64,000 bases of DNA from Thermodesulfobacteriota bacterium (GTDB lineage Bacteria; Desulfobacterota; Desulfarculia; JACQYL01). The translations under genes and the position numbers were made by a program. Below the pieces are notes generated by a model. That model had not been told where the DNA came from. It saw nothing but the letters and a program-made list of their open reading frames with translations, and searched no databases. How positions within the stretch are numbered: position 1 is the first letter of the stretch; every line of letters begins with the position of its first letter. The DNA lies in the NCBI GenBank assembly GCA_963675595.2, contig CAXXLZ010000002.1, positions 352,001 to 416,000 on the forward strand, given 5' to 3'. Below are positions 16,054 to 26,215 of this stretch, in pieces.

Positions 16054-18741
16054 TCATGTCCCTTCTTTGTATTTCCTGAATCCGTCCATCAGCTCCTTGA
16101 ACGATTTGGGCCGATATTGCCGGAATCCTGCATCGTCCACAAAAACATAATCATACACCACTTTCGACTGCGCCCGATTGACGTCTTCGCACCAGTGCTT
16201 CAACCGCTCCATTTTCGGCGGAACGTCCAAGTCTTCTTGGCCCTTGGTTTCGACAATCACGACGCGTCCATCGGTGAGTCTCACAACAAAGTCGGGATAG
16301 TAGTTCGAGATGTCGCCGTGTGCATTGACATAATCGAGTTTGAAATTCACCATGAGGAAATTTTTCCCGTAGGACGCCACGTCGCCGCATTGCTCAAGGA
16401 AATGTGCGAAGTCCAGTTCGAAGCCGCTGTCGCCGATGATCCTGTTGAAAACGGATTTCTTCGGAGTCAGGTATCTTTGGTCCTTCACCATAAAGGGACG
16501 GGTCAGCCGAAGCTTGATGGTGTCCCGAATCTCCGCATCACCTTTGTCGCGCACGGTGAGTTGGTTGACGGCCCGCTTAAAGGTTTCGATGACGGTCTTC
16601 GTGGCAGCTAGTTCGGACAGGTTCCGCAGTGTGTTCGGCGATTCCAGGTCTACCGTTCTGCCGAAAAGCGCATCCCGGACGAAGGCCTTGATTTTGCCGT
16701 AAAGCACATCATAACCGCCGGCCAGTCGTAGTTCCTTCTTCACCGTCTGAGCGAAGTACCCGATGACGTTGCGGTAGTCGGCGACGCCGGCCCCATCGAG
16801 CAGCGTCGTGTGCGTTATTTCGCCCGTGGTGATATCCCTGAACACAATCTCCCGCTGTTGCTCCTCGCTGAATTGAAGGTAGAGCACCGTCTGAAAACTC
16901 ATCCTCCCGATATCGAGATCCGCCAGGTTCTTGAATTCCCGATAAACCCGCGGCGTCAGCACCGGAACCTCGATATCCAGCGCATTGATGTCCTTGTCTT
17001 TGCTTTCCTCATCGACCTCGATGACGAGCGGCGTCTTCGGCTTCGTTCCCTTGCCCATGGCCGCACGTTCCAGCTCAACGCCTTCGGCTTGAATCGACTC
17101 GACGAAATCCATGAAAGCATCCGTGCCGACCACGCTCACATACTCCTCGGTACCACCCGGATACATCTTGCGCAAACCTCGCCCCAAAGTCTGTTCCGGC
17201 AGCACATTGCTCCTCGCCGAATAGGCGCGCAGCCCGACGATCGTGGTTACGTTGCGCACGTCCCAACCTTCCTTCAGCATCAGCACCGACACGATGGCTT
17301 TGCACGGCCCGGCGGAGTCGTCGATCTCATTCGCCTGCCTGCGAAGCGTTTCCAACTCCTCCTTGGCCTTTCCGGAGGACGCTTCCGAAATTTCCCCGTT
17401 GTTCTTGGTGTGGATGGTCAGCACGCCATGCTTCAGATCGGGATACCGGTTCTCCAGATATTCGGCCACCTCATCGCAGTTCCGGGTGTCGTCCGTCATC
17501 ACGAACAGAACAGCCTTCTTGCCGAGCTTCTTGTGTTCCCGGTACGCCTTGCGCCACTCGATCACCCCCAGATCGAGGTAATCCTCGTACTTCTCGGTGA
17601 ACTTGGCGCTCTGTCGCTCGGCAAGCTTGGCACGGCTCGCCGCATCCGGCAGCACCGGATGCTTCACCACGTTTTGCCAGATCGCCTCCACCAGGGGATA
17701 GTCGGCCACGGTCTGCACAAAGATCGCCCCGTTGTTATGTTTGGGCGTCGCCGTCACATCCACCTGCAAACTCAAGCTTCCGCCTTTCTGCAACAGCCGA
17801 TTGTGAATATCTTCGATCGACTTGAACCAAGCCAGTCTGCCGTCGTGGATGTGGTGCGCCTCGTCGTTGAGCACCATCAGCTCTTGGATGTCCCGCACGA
17901 TCATTCCCAGGTCCACCTTGGAATCCGTCGTTCCCCCTGTGGGGCGCTTGCCGAGAAAATATTCCATCGTGTTTTCGTCATCGGGCGACGGAGGAACGTC
18001 TTCTCCGGAATAGACGCGGTGGATATTGGTCAGAAAGATGTTGCCCGTCGCTTGCGTCACCCGCACCTCGTCCTGCACGTGCAACGTCAGCCGAAAATCA
18101 TCCCGCCAGTTCCGCCCGTCATAGCCGTTCTCGGGAATGACCGGGTCTTCGAAAAAGATTCTCAATCCCTGAAAATCCTTATAGATACGATCCAGAACGA
18201 TAATGTTCGGGGTGATCACGAGAAAGTTCCGCGCCAAGTCGGATCCCGGCTCGTACAGTTTATGGTAGAAACTCCAGGCCAGCACCAAACTCATCACTTT
18301 GGTCTTGCCGCTGCCCGTCGCCATCTTGATCACATAGCGCCGCCAGCTTTCGTCGAACATCCCGGCCGACACCACGCCGCTCGCGTCAAACCGCATGAGG
18401 TCGTACTTGTCCTTCGCGCCTACCGCGTCATAAAGGTAGACAATGGTCTCCATCGCTTCCCGCTGTGCGAAGTAGTACTGGAAATCCACCATGGCGCCAT
18501 TCGCTTTGGGCAACAGGTGGGGCTCCTTGAACCACCATGCAAGGAGGCTTCGGCTCGTATCGCTCGCACTCGCATACCCCCCGTCCCGAAACTCTTTCAC
18601 CCGCCGTCTCAACTGCGCCACGAGCGGAGGCATCAGCTTTTCCATGCCGGATTCGCGCAGGGCTTCATCCGCGGGAAACCAGCGAATCGCCGGGTCCAAC
18701 ACCGTGTGCGGCGAGTGTGGAAAATCGGGATGCAGCGCCAT
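16054..18741 (-). CDS. res: Type III restriction endonuclease Res subunit (SF2 helicase plus PD-(D/E)xK nuclease)
   Basis: KMATGSGKT, LNDEAHH, TATP, LKEGWDV, EQTLGRGLR, YYPDFVV...IVETKG; shares base 18741 with mod. Confidence 0.92.
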   Translation of the reverse strand: MALHPDFPHSPHTVLDPAIRWFPADEALRESGMEKLMPPLVAQLRRRVKEFRDGGYASASDTSRSLLAWWFKEPHLLPKANGAMVDFQYYFAQREAMETIVYLYDAVGAKDKYDLMRFDASGVVSAGMFDESWRRYVIKMATGSGKTKVMSLVLAWSFYHKLYEPGSDLARNFLVITPNIIVLDRIYKDFQGLRIFFEDPVIPENGYDGRNWRDDFRLTLHVQDEVRVTQATGNIFLTNIHRVYSGEDVPPSPDDENTMEYFLGKRPTGGTTDSKVDLGMIVRDIQELMVLNDEAHHIHDGRLAWFKSIEDIHNRLLQKGGSLSLQVDVTATPKHNNGAIFVQTVADYPLVEAIWQNVVKHPVLPDAASRAKLAERQSAKFTEKYEDYLDLGVIEWRKAYREHKKLGKKAVLFVMTDDTRNCDEVAEYLENRYPDLKHGVLTIHTKNNGEISEASSGKAKEELETLRRQANEIDDSAGPCKAIVSVLMLKEGWDVRNVTTIVGLRAYSARSNVLPEQTLGRGLRKMYPGGTEEYVSVVGTDAFMDFVESIQAEGVELERAAMGKGTKPKTPLVIEVDEESKDKDINALDIEVPVLTPRVYREFKNLADLDIGRMSFQTVLYLQFSEEQQREIVFRDITTGEITHTTLLDGAGVADYRNVIGYFAQTVKKELRLAGGYDVLYGKIKAFVRDALFGRTVDLESPNTLRNLSELAATKTVIETFKRAVNQLTVRDKGDAEIRDTIKLRLTRPFMVKDQRYLTPKKSVFNRIIGDSGFELDFAHFLEQCGDVASYGKNFLMVNFKLDYVNAHGDISNYYPDFVVRLTDGRVVIVETKGQEDLDVPPKMERLKHWCEDVNRAQSKVVYDYVFVDDAGFRQYRPKSFKELMDGFRKYKEGT

Positions 18742-21038
18742 CAGTTACCTCCTCCCACATGGATGTCCACAATGGTCATGGTATCGTTGCCGAAGATGTC
18801 CACCACCTTGACCGCGATCTTTCGCCGGCCGGGGGTGCATTCATGGGCCACACTTCTGAGCTCCAGCGAACGATCCCTCTTGGTGCGAAAGCTCTGCCAC
18901 TCGTTCTCGAAAATATAGTCCCCCGACCATTGCTCCACGAACTCCCCGGTCTCCGGGCGCGGCACTCGAATGATTTCCCGCTTGCTCTCGAAGTTGAAAT
19001 CCACCGCCCAATAGTCGATCCAGTCCGTCCAGTTCCGGGTGAGTTGCTCACGCCGGATCACGCCCCGCTTGTCCTTGGATAACTTGACGATGCACCCCTC
19101 TTCCACCACGATCCGGCTGCCCGCCTTGTTGGATTTGCCCAAAGCAGCTTCGGCATGGGCGATGGAATCCTGGGAATAGAAAACGGAGAAATCGGTAAGC
19201 TCCACCGCCACCGAAGGGAGTCGGCCTTTCCGGCCCTTGGCGACATGCGGTTTGACTTCAATGTAGGCCACGTCGTGAAACACCACTTGATTTCTGTCCA
19301 CCGCCCGTTTGTCGAAAACCTCCGCCGGGATGTATTTGGGGGCGATGTCGATGCCTTTGGCCCGGGCCTCGTCCAGCACATTGGGGAACAGGCCCATTTC
19401 GAACTCGAAGCCCAGGATGTCCACTTTGGTGAGGTGCTTCTTCCGACATTCCAGGATGATCTCTTCCACGAAAAGCCGGGTCACCGGCAGATTCACCGGT
19501 CCCACAGCCACCAGACGACCGGCCTTTTTTCCGTGGAAGCAAGCGAAATTAACCACCTTTTCCGCGCGATACGCCTTGAGGATGAGTTCCACGAACGCAG
19601 CCTCTTTTTCCTCCAACTGCTTCCGCTGCTCCTCCTCGCGCAGGTTCGGGTTCACGCCCACAAAGTGCTGCCGTTCGTATTTGCCCAGATTGAGAATCTC
19701 GAAAGCGCGGTAGTCCCTGCCCTCGGACTTGAGCTGCCGCTGCACGCCGATCAGACGTTTGCGCGTGGTGTGAACGGCGAATTTCCCCAAGTCCGTGCAA
19801 ATCCATTTGCGCCCCAACTTCTCCGCCACCGCCGCCATGGTGCCGGAGCCGCAGAAGAAGTCGGCGACAAGGTCGCCTTCGTTGGAGGAAGCGCCGACGA
19901 TACGTTCCAGCAAGGCTTCAGGTTTCTGTGTGGGATATCCAAGTCTTTCCGTGGAGGTGTTCCCAACTCTTCCAATATCGGTCCAGTTCGCTGTGATCCG
20001 ACGCCCTTCCCTCTCTTCGATGAAGACTTTGAATCCATCTAAGCGCGGGGTTCCATCTCGCTTCTTCAGAATACGCCCCTCGGCCCACCATTTCTCGCGA
20101 TCTTCTAATGAAGATCCCCAGCACCTGCCGGGGGACGGTTTTACACCCCGCCACTCGTCCTGACGTCCTGGATTGTTGCCACTAAATGTCAGGTCTTGGC
20201 CTGTGTACAATCTGCCATCCTCGTCCATTTTGTACCGCTTGAGTTGCTCTTCGCTATGCGCTCCCCGCTCTTCGTTGAACGTGAAATTCTCATTAAAGCT
20301 GTATGCCCAGATTGTGTCGTTGGTGCGAAGGAAACCCTTTGTTTTCATATTATGCGCGTTGGTACGTTGCCACACGATCTCGTTCACCAAATGGTTGGAA
20401 CCGAACAGCTCATCCAGTGCTAAACGAATGTGGCTGTTCACTCTCCAATCGCTATGTACATAAATCATTCCGTCTTTAGAGAGCAAATCCCGCATGAGAA
20501 TCAGACGCTCATAGATCATGGCGATAAACGAATCCGCCCCTTTGCCCCAGGTGTCCCGATAGGCGATTTCTTCCAGAATGCCCGGCTTCTTGGTGAAGGT
20601 ATCGTCGCCGATTTCGATATCCATGGAAAAATCCGCGCCTACGTCAAAGGGCGGGTCGATGTAGATCAATTTCAGCCCGCCCTGTGCCTCGATCTCCTCC
20701 CGCATGGGTCCGTTCTTCAGTGACGACAATATGAGCTTGTTGTCGCCCCAGATCAGCTTGTTCGTCCATCCCTTGAGCTGCCGCCCCCGCTCGTCCATAT
20801 CGAACAGGTTCATCTGCACGGACGTTTCGGAAGGCTTTTCCGCGCGGGGCTCGTCCACCTGTTCGATGGTCTGAAAGGGCAGCACTACGTTGCAGACCTC
20901 GTTCGTTTTTCCGTTCCAGACCAGTTCCACCTCGCGCTTGTCCTCGAAAAGAAGAAAGCGGTATTTCTCTGGCAGCTCCCTGTCCGCTTCCAGATACCGT
21001 ATGATCTCCTGTTTTTCCTGGTCCGATAATTTCAGCAT
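18741..21038 (-). CDS. mod: Type III R-M DNA adenine methyltransferase (Mod)
   Basis: LIWGDNK, YIDPPF (motif IV), YPTQKPEALLER, DFFCGSGT (motif I), C-terminal IAVKVVDIFGND. Confidence 0.92.
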   Translation of the reverse strand: MLKLSDQEKQEIIRYLEADRELPEKYRFLLFEDKREVELVWNGKTNEVCNVVLPFQTIEQVDEPRAEKPSETSVQMNLFDMDERGRQLKGWTNKLIWGDNKLILSSLKNGPMREEIEAQGGLKLIYIDPPFDVGADFSMDIEIGDDTFTKKPGILEEIAYRDTWGKGADSFIAMIYERLILMRDLLSKDGMIYVHSDWRVNSHIRLALDELFGSNHLVNEIVWQRTNAHNMKTKGFLRTNDTIWAYSFNENFTFNEERGAHSEEQLKRYKMDEDGRLYTGQDLTFSGNNPGRQDEWRGVKPSPGRCWGSSLEDREKWWAEGRILKKRDGTPRLDGFKVFIEEREGRRITANWTDIGRVGNTSTERLGYPTQKPEALLERIVGASSNEGDLVADFFCGSGTMAAVAEKLGRKWICTDLGKFAVHTTRKRLIGVQRQLKSEGRDYRAFEILNLGKYERQHFVGVNPNLREEEQRKQLEEKEAAFVELILKAYRAEKVVNFACFHGKKAGRLVAVGPVNLPVTRLFVEEIILECRKKHLTKVDILGFEFEMGLFPNVLDEARAKGIDIAPKYIPAEVFDKRAVDRNQVVFHDVAYIEVKPHVAKGRKGRLPSVAVELTDFSVFYSQDSIAHAEAALGKSNKAGSRIVVEEGCIVKLSKDKRGVIRREQLTRNWTDWIDYWAVDFNFESKREIIRVPRPETGEFVEQWSGDYIFENEWQSFRTKRDRSLELRSVAHECTPGRRKIAVKVVDIFGNDTMTIVDIHVGGGN

Positions 21039-21628
21039 CGTCCTTCCTTCGGTTCCCTCGACGAGTCGGCTCGTTTGGGAATCCAGCCATGGGATTCGGT
21101 CTGAGCAAAGGCCGTCGGGAACAGCCCGCTCCGCCTGACCCGGTCATAAGCCTCACGTTCCCCGCCCCGCGTTCCTTGTCCGGCCCTCATCGACACACGA
21201 TTCTCGAGAGGGACCCCCAAGATTGGAGCCGCTCCGTCGCGCCTTACCAAGCTGCTGAAAATCGCGACTTGCGGCAACCCGACTTTCTTGACGGGCTTTC
21301 AAGGACTATTCATTCAAAAAAGAGGCACTGATTCTGAAGATAATCAACTTATCACACGGGCATGTTGGATACAACAGAGCAGGAAGGCTGAAAACTCTTA
21401 AGAATCATCTCAGCTTTAACCTCATCTCCGCGGGAACCCAATCATGCTCTTCGGTGACGGATCAATTTCGGAGTGAAAGATGAAGCTCGGTGAGGAAGTT
21501 CTCGAGCGAGCGGCTGCCACGCTTCGGACGACGGGATGAAGCCGAGCACTTCAGTGGCTTATTGGAGGATGGCCGGCGAATCCCGATGTTGTGGACTGGA
21601 CAAACAGCACAACGTGTCTACAACCTTT

Positions 21629-22384
21629 TCAAGATCGCAACGTTCCCCGCACGATCCACAGGAGCCTTTCCCGGGCGGCCACCCGGGCCGCGGGATACTT
21701 GCGGGCCGCTTGGTCCGGCCGATTCAGCACCTCCTGGAGGACCACGCTCTTGCCTTCCTCGGACACCAGGAACACCACGGTGCGGGCCGCGCGAATCAGA
21801 GGAAGCGTAAAGGTGATCCTGGGGATTTCGGGCGGCAGGCCGGGATTCGGCTCCGCCGTCACCCGGAGGCGGGATTCTTCCAACGTCGGAGAACCGGGAA
21901 AGAGCGAGGCCGTGTGCCCGTCGGGTCCCATGCCCAACAGAATCAGGTCGAAGGCGGGGAAGTCGTCCGCGCCGAGTTTCCCCGCCCCATGGGCGGCGAA
22001 CACACTCCGCAACTCCTCCGCGTAGGCCCGCGCCGCGTTTTCGGCGTCCGCTTCCTCCACGGGGACGGGATGCACGTTTTGGGGTGGGATAGGTACTTTG
22101 GACAGAAACGCCTCCCAAGCCATGCGGAAATTGCTTTCCGGATGGTCCTTGGCGACCATCCGTTCATCCCCCCAGAACACGTGAACGCGATCCCAGGGAA
22201 CGTCTTTCGAGTAGGGAGGCGCTGCAAGGAGCTCATACACCGGTTGAGGCGTCTTTCCCCCGGAAAGGGCCAAAAAGCAAACGCCTCTCCGTGCCGCCGC
22301 TTCCCGGATCATGCTCTCCAGGGCTTCCACAGCCGCATCTTTCCATTGCTCCGGATCGGACCGGATGAGCGTTTCGGTTTTCAT
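21629..22384 (-). CDS. pgl: 6-phosphogluconolactonase
   Basis: LALSGGKTP, FWGDERMV, LLGMGPDGHTASLFP, RITFTLP. Confidence 0.95.
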   Translation of the reverse strand: MKTETLIRSDPEQWKDAAVEALESMIREAAARRGVCFLALSGGKTPQPVYELLAAPPYSKDVPWDRVHVFWGDERMVAKDHPESNFRMAWEAFLSKVPIPPQNVHPVPVEEADAENAARAYAEELRSVFAAHGAGKLGADDFPAFDLILLGMGPDGHTASLFPGSPTLEESRLRVTAEPNPGLPPEIPRITFTLPLIRAARTVVFLVSEEGKSVVLQEVLNRPDQAARKYPAARVAARERLLWIVRGTLRS

Positions 22385-22439
22385 TTTCCCCTATCCATCC
22401 AGCATGATTTCCCACGAGAGAAAACGGGATGCATATTGC

Positions 22440-24017
22440 TCATCCCAGAAGCATCATCCGTTTATCTTCAACTTCGGGCCCCCAACCGCCCGCGGTATAG
22501 AAGCGAAGCCTGGTCGTCTGCTCCCGTTCCGAACACAGTTCACAGGCTTCCAGGATGGGGGTCAGGAATTTCCAGCTGAGTTCCACCGCATCCTGTCTCC
22601 AGAACAGCATCTGATCTCCCAGCATGCAGTCGAGCAACGCCTTTTCATAGGCGTCGAATTTGGGTCCGGAATGGACTCTGTTGTAGCTGAAATCCATGAC
22701 CACGGGGCGCAGGCAGAGTCCGGAGCCCGGCATCTTGGCCTGAAAGGACAAGAAAATGCCCTCCTTGGGATAAATGCCCAGGGTGAGGGTGTTGGGAGTG
22801 ATGCCGTCTCCGATACGGTTCTGAAACATGGAATGAGGAACCTTGCGAAAATGGACCACAATGCTCGTCAGTTTCTGAGCCAACCGTTTTCCGGAACAAA
22901 CATAAAAAGGAACGCCCTGCCAGCGCCAATTATCGATGAAGACGCGCATCATGGCATAGGTGGGAGTCAAGGATCCGGCGTCCACCCCTTGCTCCTCCCG
23001 ATATCCGGGAATCCGCGTCGCTCCGCCGGAGCCCGAGGCATATTGGCCGAGAATGATGTTCTCGTCCAGATGATCCGTTGGGAAGGGTTTCAGCGACCGA
23101 AAGAGTTTGACCTTTTCGTCCCTCACGAACTCGGCCTCGAAACGGGAAGGAGGCTCCATGGCCACCATGGAGAGGAGTTGCATCATGTGATTCTGAAACA
23201 TGTCCCGGACCACGCCGGCCTGTTCATAGTAACCCGCCCGGAGTTCCACGCCCAAGGTTTCGGCGGCCACGATACTTACGTAATCGATATAGTTGCGGTT
23301 CCAGAGAGGCTCGAAGATCGCGTTGGCGAAACGGAACGTCAGGATATTCTGGACCGTGTCCTTGGCCAGGTAGTGATCGATGCGATAGATCTGCGTTTCT
23401 TGAAAATGCTGGGTCAGGCCCTTATTCAAATCCACGGAGGTGGGAAAGTCGTGGCCGAAGGGTTTTTCGATCACCAAGCGGACCCATTCCCGTGTTGCGT
23501 CGCCGGGCTGCGCCATGCCCGACTTTCCGATCATTCCGGCCACGGGTCCGTATAAGACCGGGGGAACGGCCAAATAGAAGACTCGGTTTCCACCGGCGCC
23601 GGTTTCTCTTTCGAGAGCTTCGATATCGCGTTTCAGCGCCTGAAAGGAGTCCAACTCGTCGTATCGGATCGTTCGGTAATGCAGCCTGCCTCCGAAGCCC
23701 GTCCAATCCTCGGAGCCGTCCATGCCCCCCTCTTCCACGGCGCGGCGCATGGTCTCCCGAAAGGATTCGTCATCGAGCGAACTGCGACCGCAGCCCACGA
23801 TCAAGAAACGCCGAGGCAGGGAGTTCGTCCGATACAAGTTGAACAAGGCGGGAATCAGCTTTCTGCGGGCGAGGTCCCCCGATGCACCCATGATGACGAT
23901 GGTGCAGGAATCCAGCTCAAGCCTCAGATTGCAAAGTACATCGTCGGGCTCGGAGCCTCCGTCCTTTCCTCCATTGGGATCGAAGGAGACCCTTCCAATA
24001 TCCACATGCGCCGCCAT
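22440..24017 (-). CDS. zwf: Glucose-6-phosphate 1-dehydrogenase
   Basis: GASGDLARRKL, IEKPFG, RIDHYLAK, RDMFQNH, NWRWQGVPF. Confidence 0.96.
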   Translation of the reverse strand: MAAHVDIGRVSFDPNGGKDGGSEPDDVLCNLRLELDSCTIVIMGASGDLARRKLIPALFNLYRTNSLPRRFLIVGCGRSSLDDESFRETMRRAVEEGGMDGSEDWTGFGGRLHYRTIRYDELDSFQALKRDIEALERETGAGGNRVFYLAVPPVLYGPVAGMIGKSGMAQPGDATREWVRLVIEKPFGHDFPTSVDLNKGLTQHFQETQIYRIDHYLAKDTVQNILTFRFANAIFEPLWNRNYIDYVSIVAAETLGVELRAGYYEQAGVVRDMFQNHMMQLLSMVAMEPPSRFEAEFVRDEKVKLFRSLKPFPTDHLDENIILGQYASGSGGATRIPGYREEQGVDAGSLTPTYAMMRVFIDNWRWQGVPFYVCSGKRLAQKLTSIVVHFRKVPHSMFQNRIGDGITPNTLTLGIYPKEGIFLSFQAKMPGSGLCLRPVVMDFSYNRVHSGPKFDAYEKALLDCMLGDQMLFWRQDAVELSWKFLTPILEACELCSEREQTTRLRFYTAGGWGPEVEDKRMMLLG

Positions 24018-24197
24018 TTATTTTTCCTCTAACAGTCCGAACTTTCAGGTTTTTTCGGTACGTCGTAAACGTAGGCGGGAACGGCGGGCATATCAATTTG
24101 AACGAGCCGTACATGCGATGCACCGCGGTGACGAGGAGTGGGCCGCAACTCCGAGATCGCGTCTTGCAGCAACCCGTCTAAGTCCTATGGCGGAATC

Positions 24198-25115
24198 TCA
24201 TTCGCGGCCGGAGCCCTTCATCACGGCATGGCCTCCGAATTCTCTGCGCAAAGCCGCCAGCATCCGGTCCGCGAAGGAATTGTCCTGTCTGGAACGAAAC
24301 CGCTCCATGAGCGCCAGGGTAATCACCGGAGCGGGGATCGCCGTCTCCACCGCCTCCGTCACCGTCCATCGCCCCTCACCCGAATCCTCCACGTATCCCC
24401 TAAGCTGGGACAGACGAGGGTCTTCGCACAGAGCACTTTCGGCGAGTTCCAGGAGCCAGGATCGGACCACGCTGCCGTGATTCCACAACCTGGCCACCGC
24501 CGCAAGGTCCAGAATTTCACCGTAGGGAGAAGCCTCGAGCAGGGCGAAACCTTCCGCGTACGCCTGCATCATCCCATACTCGATCCCATTGTGAATCATT
24601 TTGACGAAGTGCCCGGAGCCTGAGGGACCGCAGTACAGATACCCGTTCTCCGGCGCCAAGGCCTTGAAGAGAGGCTCAAGATATTTGCAGGCTTGAAAGT
24701 CGCCGCCGCACATCAGACAGTAGCCTTCTTGAAGCCCCCACACTCCGCCGCTCACACCGGCGTCCACGAGTTTCACACCCTTGGCTTGGGCGCGCTCCGC
24801 GCGGTGAATGGAGTCTTTATAGAAGCTGTTTCCTCCCTCGACGATGATGTCGCCCTCGGAGAGCAGTTCCAGGAACCGATCCAGATGCTCGTCCACGACG
24901 GCACCCGCGGGCAACATGAGCCAGACGACACGTGGAGGGTCGAGCAGGGCGGCGACGTCTTCGAGGGAATAGGCTCCCACGGCGCCCTTGAGGGACAACT
25001 CGTCCGTTTTTCTTCGAGTCCGGTTGAAAGCCACCACTTCGTGCCCCCCGGAGAGCAGTCGTCTAGCCATGTTCATGCCCATCCGACCCAGCCCGATGAT
25101 CGCTAAACGCATCAT
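24198..25115 (-). CDS. gnd: 6-phosphogluconate dehydrogenase (decarboxylating, short form)
   Basis: IGLGRMG, DAGVSGG, GHFVKMIHNGIEYG, DSGEGRWT, LRREFGGH. Confidence 0.95.
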   Translation of the reverse strand: MMRLAIIGLGRMGMNMARRLLSGGHEVVAFNRTRRKTDELSLKGAVGAYSLEDVAALLDPPRVVWLMLPAGAVVDEHLDRFLELLSEGDIIVEGGNSFYKDSIHRAERAQAKGVKLVDAGVSGGVWGLQEGYCLMCGGDFQACKYLEPLFKALAPENGYLYCGPSGSGHFVKMIHNGIEYGMMQAYAEGFALLEASPYGEILDLAAVARLWNHGSVVRSWLLELAESALCEDPRLSQLRGYVEDSGEGRWTVTEAVETAIPAPVITLALMERFRSRQDNSFADRMLAALRREFGGHAVMKGSGRE

Positions 25116-25936
25116 TCACCTCGCTTGTCGACCTCAATGAAGTCCAAAAAACTCAAAGTTCGGTCCCCGGTATTATCCGCGTCACCCATAACCGCAATGC
25201 CGGCGGTCACCGGTGGTTCCGAGCCGAAGGTCCTGCGATAGTCCGCCAAGGCATCGACCCGTTCATCAACCCACCGCCCCAGCTCTTTCGGCCCCTGCTT
25301 GAGCAGGATAATACGGGTGTCCTCGGCGTAAGCTCCGACAAAAACGTCTCGATCATAGCTTCTGTTCGCCCAAACGTAGCACAGGGCGCTGTCGGCGGGA
25401 TACCTTCCCAAAATGAATTTGGCGGCCCCGTACTTGCTCCGTTTCAGGAGACTCGACTTCTCGGGATCGAATTTGAACCACACGTAAACCCGGACGGCGA
25501 AATCATCGGTGGATTTCTTTCGCAAATCGGCATGCTCAGGCAGTCTTTCCACTTTCCAACGCCACCGAATCACGGGGTATTCCCGAATGGGAAACTCCCG
25601 ATTCCAGATGAGACTGGAAGCGGAATGGTCGGCCTCGATGCGCAGGACGCCGTTGCCGTCCGGTCGCTCCACGGAGTAACGAGTGTATTTATCGATACTC
25701 CGGAACTTCAAGTGCCACCAATTGTCCAGATCGTCAAAGTCCTCCCTCAAGGATTCAGGAGAACCATCAGCGGGGAACGCCGGAGTGGAACCGGCCGAGG
25801 CCGGCAGGAAAGCGAATATATGGAGTAGGAGAAGGCATGCCGGAACCATCCGCCGAAATCGCCGGATACTGCGGACAATCTGAGCCGAAATTCGAAGACG
25901 ATTTCCATTCCCGGCGAGTTCCTTACGGCACCTCAT
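25112..25936 (-). CDS. DUF3047-like exported protein (true start probably downstream)
   Basis: PVIRWRWKVE, DDFAVRVYVWF, LCYVWAN, WVDERVD..ADY, IAVMGDADNTG; hydrophobic signal segment. Confidence 0.75.
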   Translation of the reverse strand: MRCRKELAGNGNRLRISAQIVRSIRRFRRMVPACLLLLHIFAFLPASAGSTPAFPADGSPESLREDFDDLDNWWHLKFRSIDKYTRYSVERPDGNGVLRIEADHSASSLIWNREFPIREYPVIRWRWKVERLPEHADLRKKSTDDFAVRVYVWFKFDPEKSSLLKRSKYGAAKFILGRYPADSALCYVWANRSYDRDVFVGAYAEDTRIILLKQGPKELGRWVDERVDALADYRRTFGSEPPVTAGIAVMGDADNTGDRTLSFLDFIEVDKRGE

Positions 25937-26021
25937 ACCTTAATATGGTACGCGGTGCGGGGTCGGGATGCAACCCGTCTTCCGGACACCCGTCTTCCGA
26001 ACGTCTCGCCGCAGTCCCTAT

Positions 26022-26171
26022 CAGGCTGTTGAAGAACGCGATCTGCGGCGTTGCGCTTCATCCCTCGTCACTGCGACGTACTCTATGTACGTCTCATTCC
26101 TCAGGATTTGCGCGCCTTGCGTCTCATCGTTTTTCAGCAGCCTGCCGCAACCGGCTTTTTTCAACGGGCTG
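26022..26171. mobile_element. MITE-like non-autonomous element with terminal inverted repeats
   Basis: caggctgttgaagaac (26022) and gtttttcagcagcctg (ending 26144) form an imperfect 16-bp TIR; a second end-like copy ttttttcaacgggctg ends at 26171; internal hairpin gacgtac-tctat-gtacgtc; no transposase. Confidence 0.6.
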
Positions 26172-26215
26172 TATGCATCGGGCGCAACGTAGGAATCGTG
26201 TCCGCAGGAGCCGTG

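Noticed and set aside
16810-18918. 702-aa plus-strand ORF, and similar long antisense ORFs (4755-6212, 10149-11219, 22311-23555, 39450-40859, 49622-50950, 54230-55585, 57975-59255)
   Set aside because: These are shadows of well-supported genes on the opposite strand in GC-rich DNA and show no recognisable motifs.
18741-21038. Phase-variable simple sequence repeat in mod
   Set aside because: No tandem repeat tract or long homopolymer was seen in the gene.
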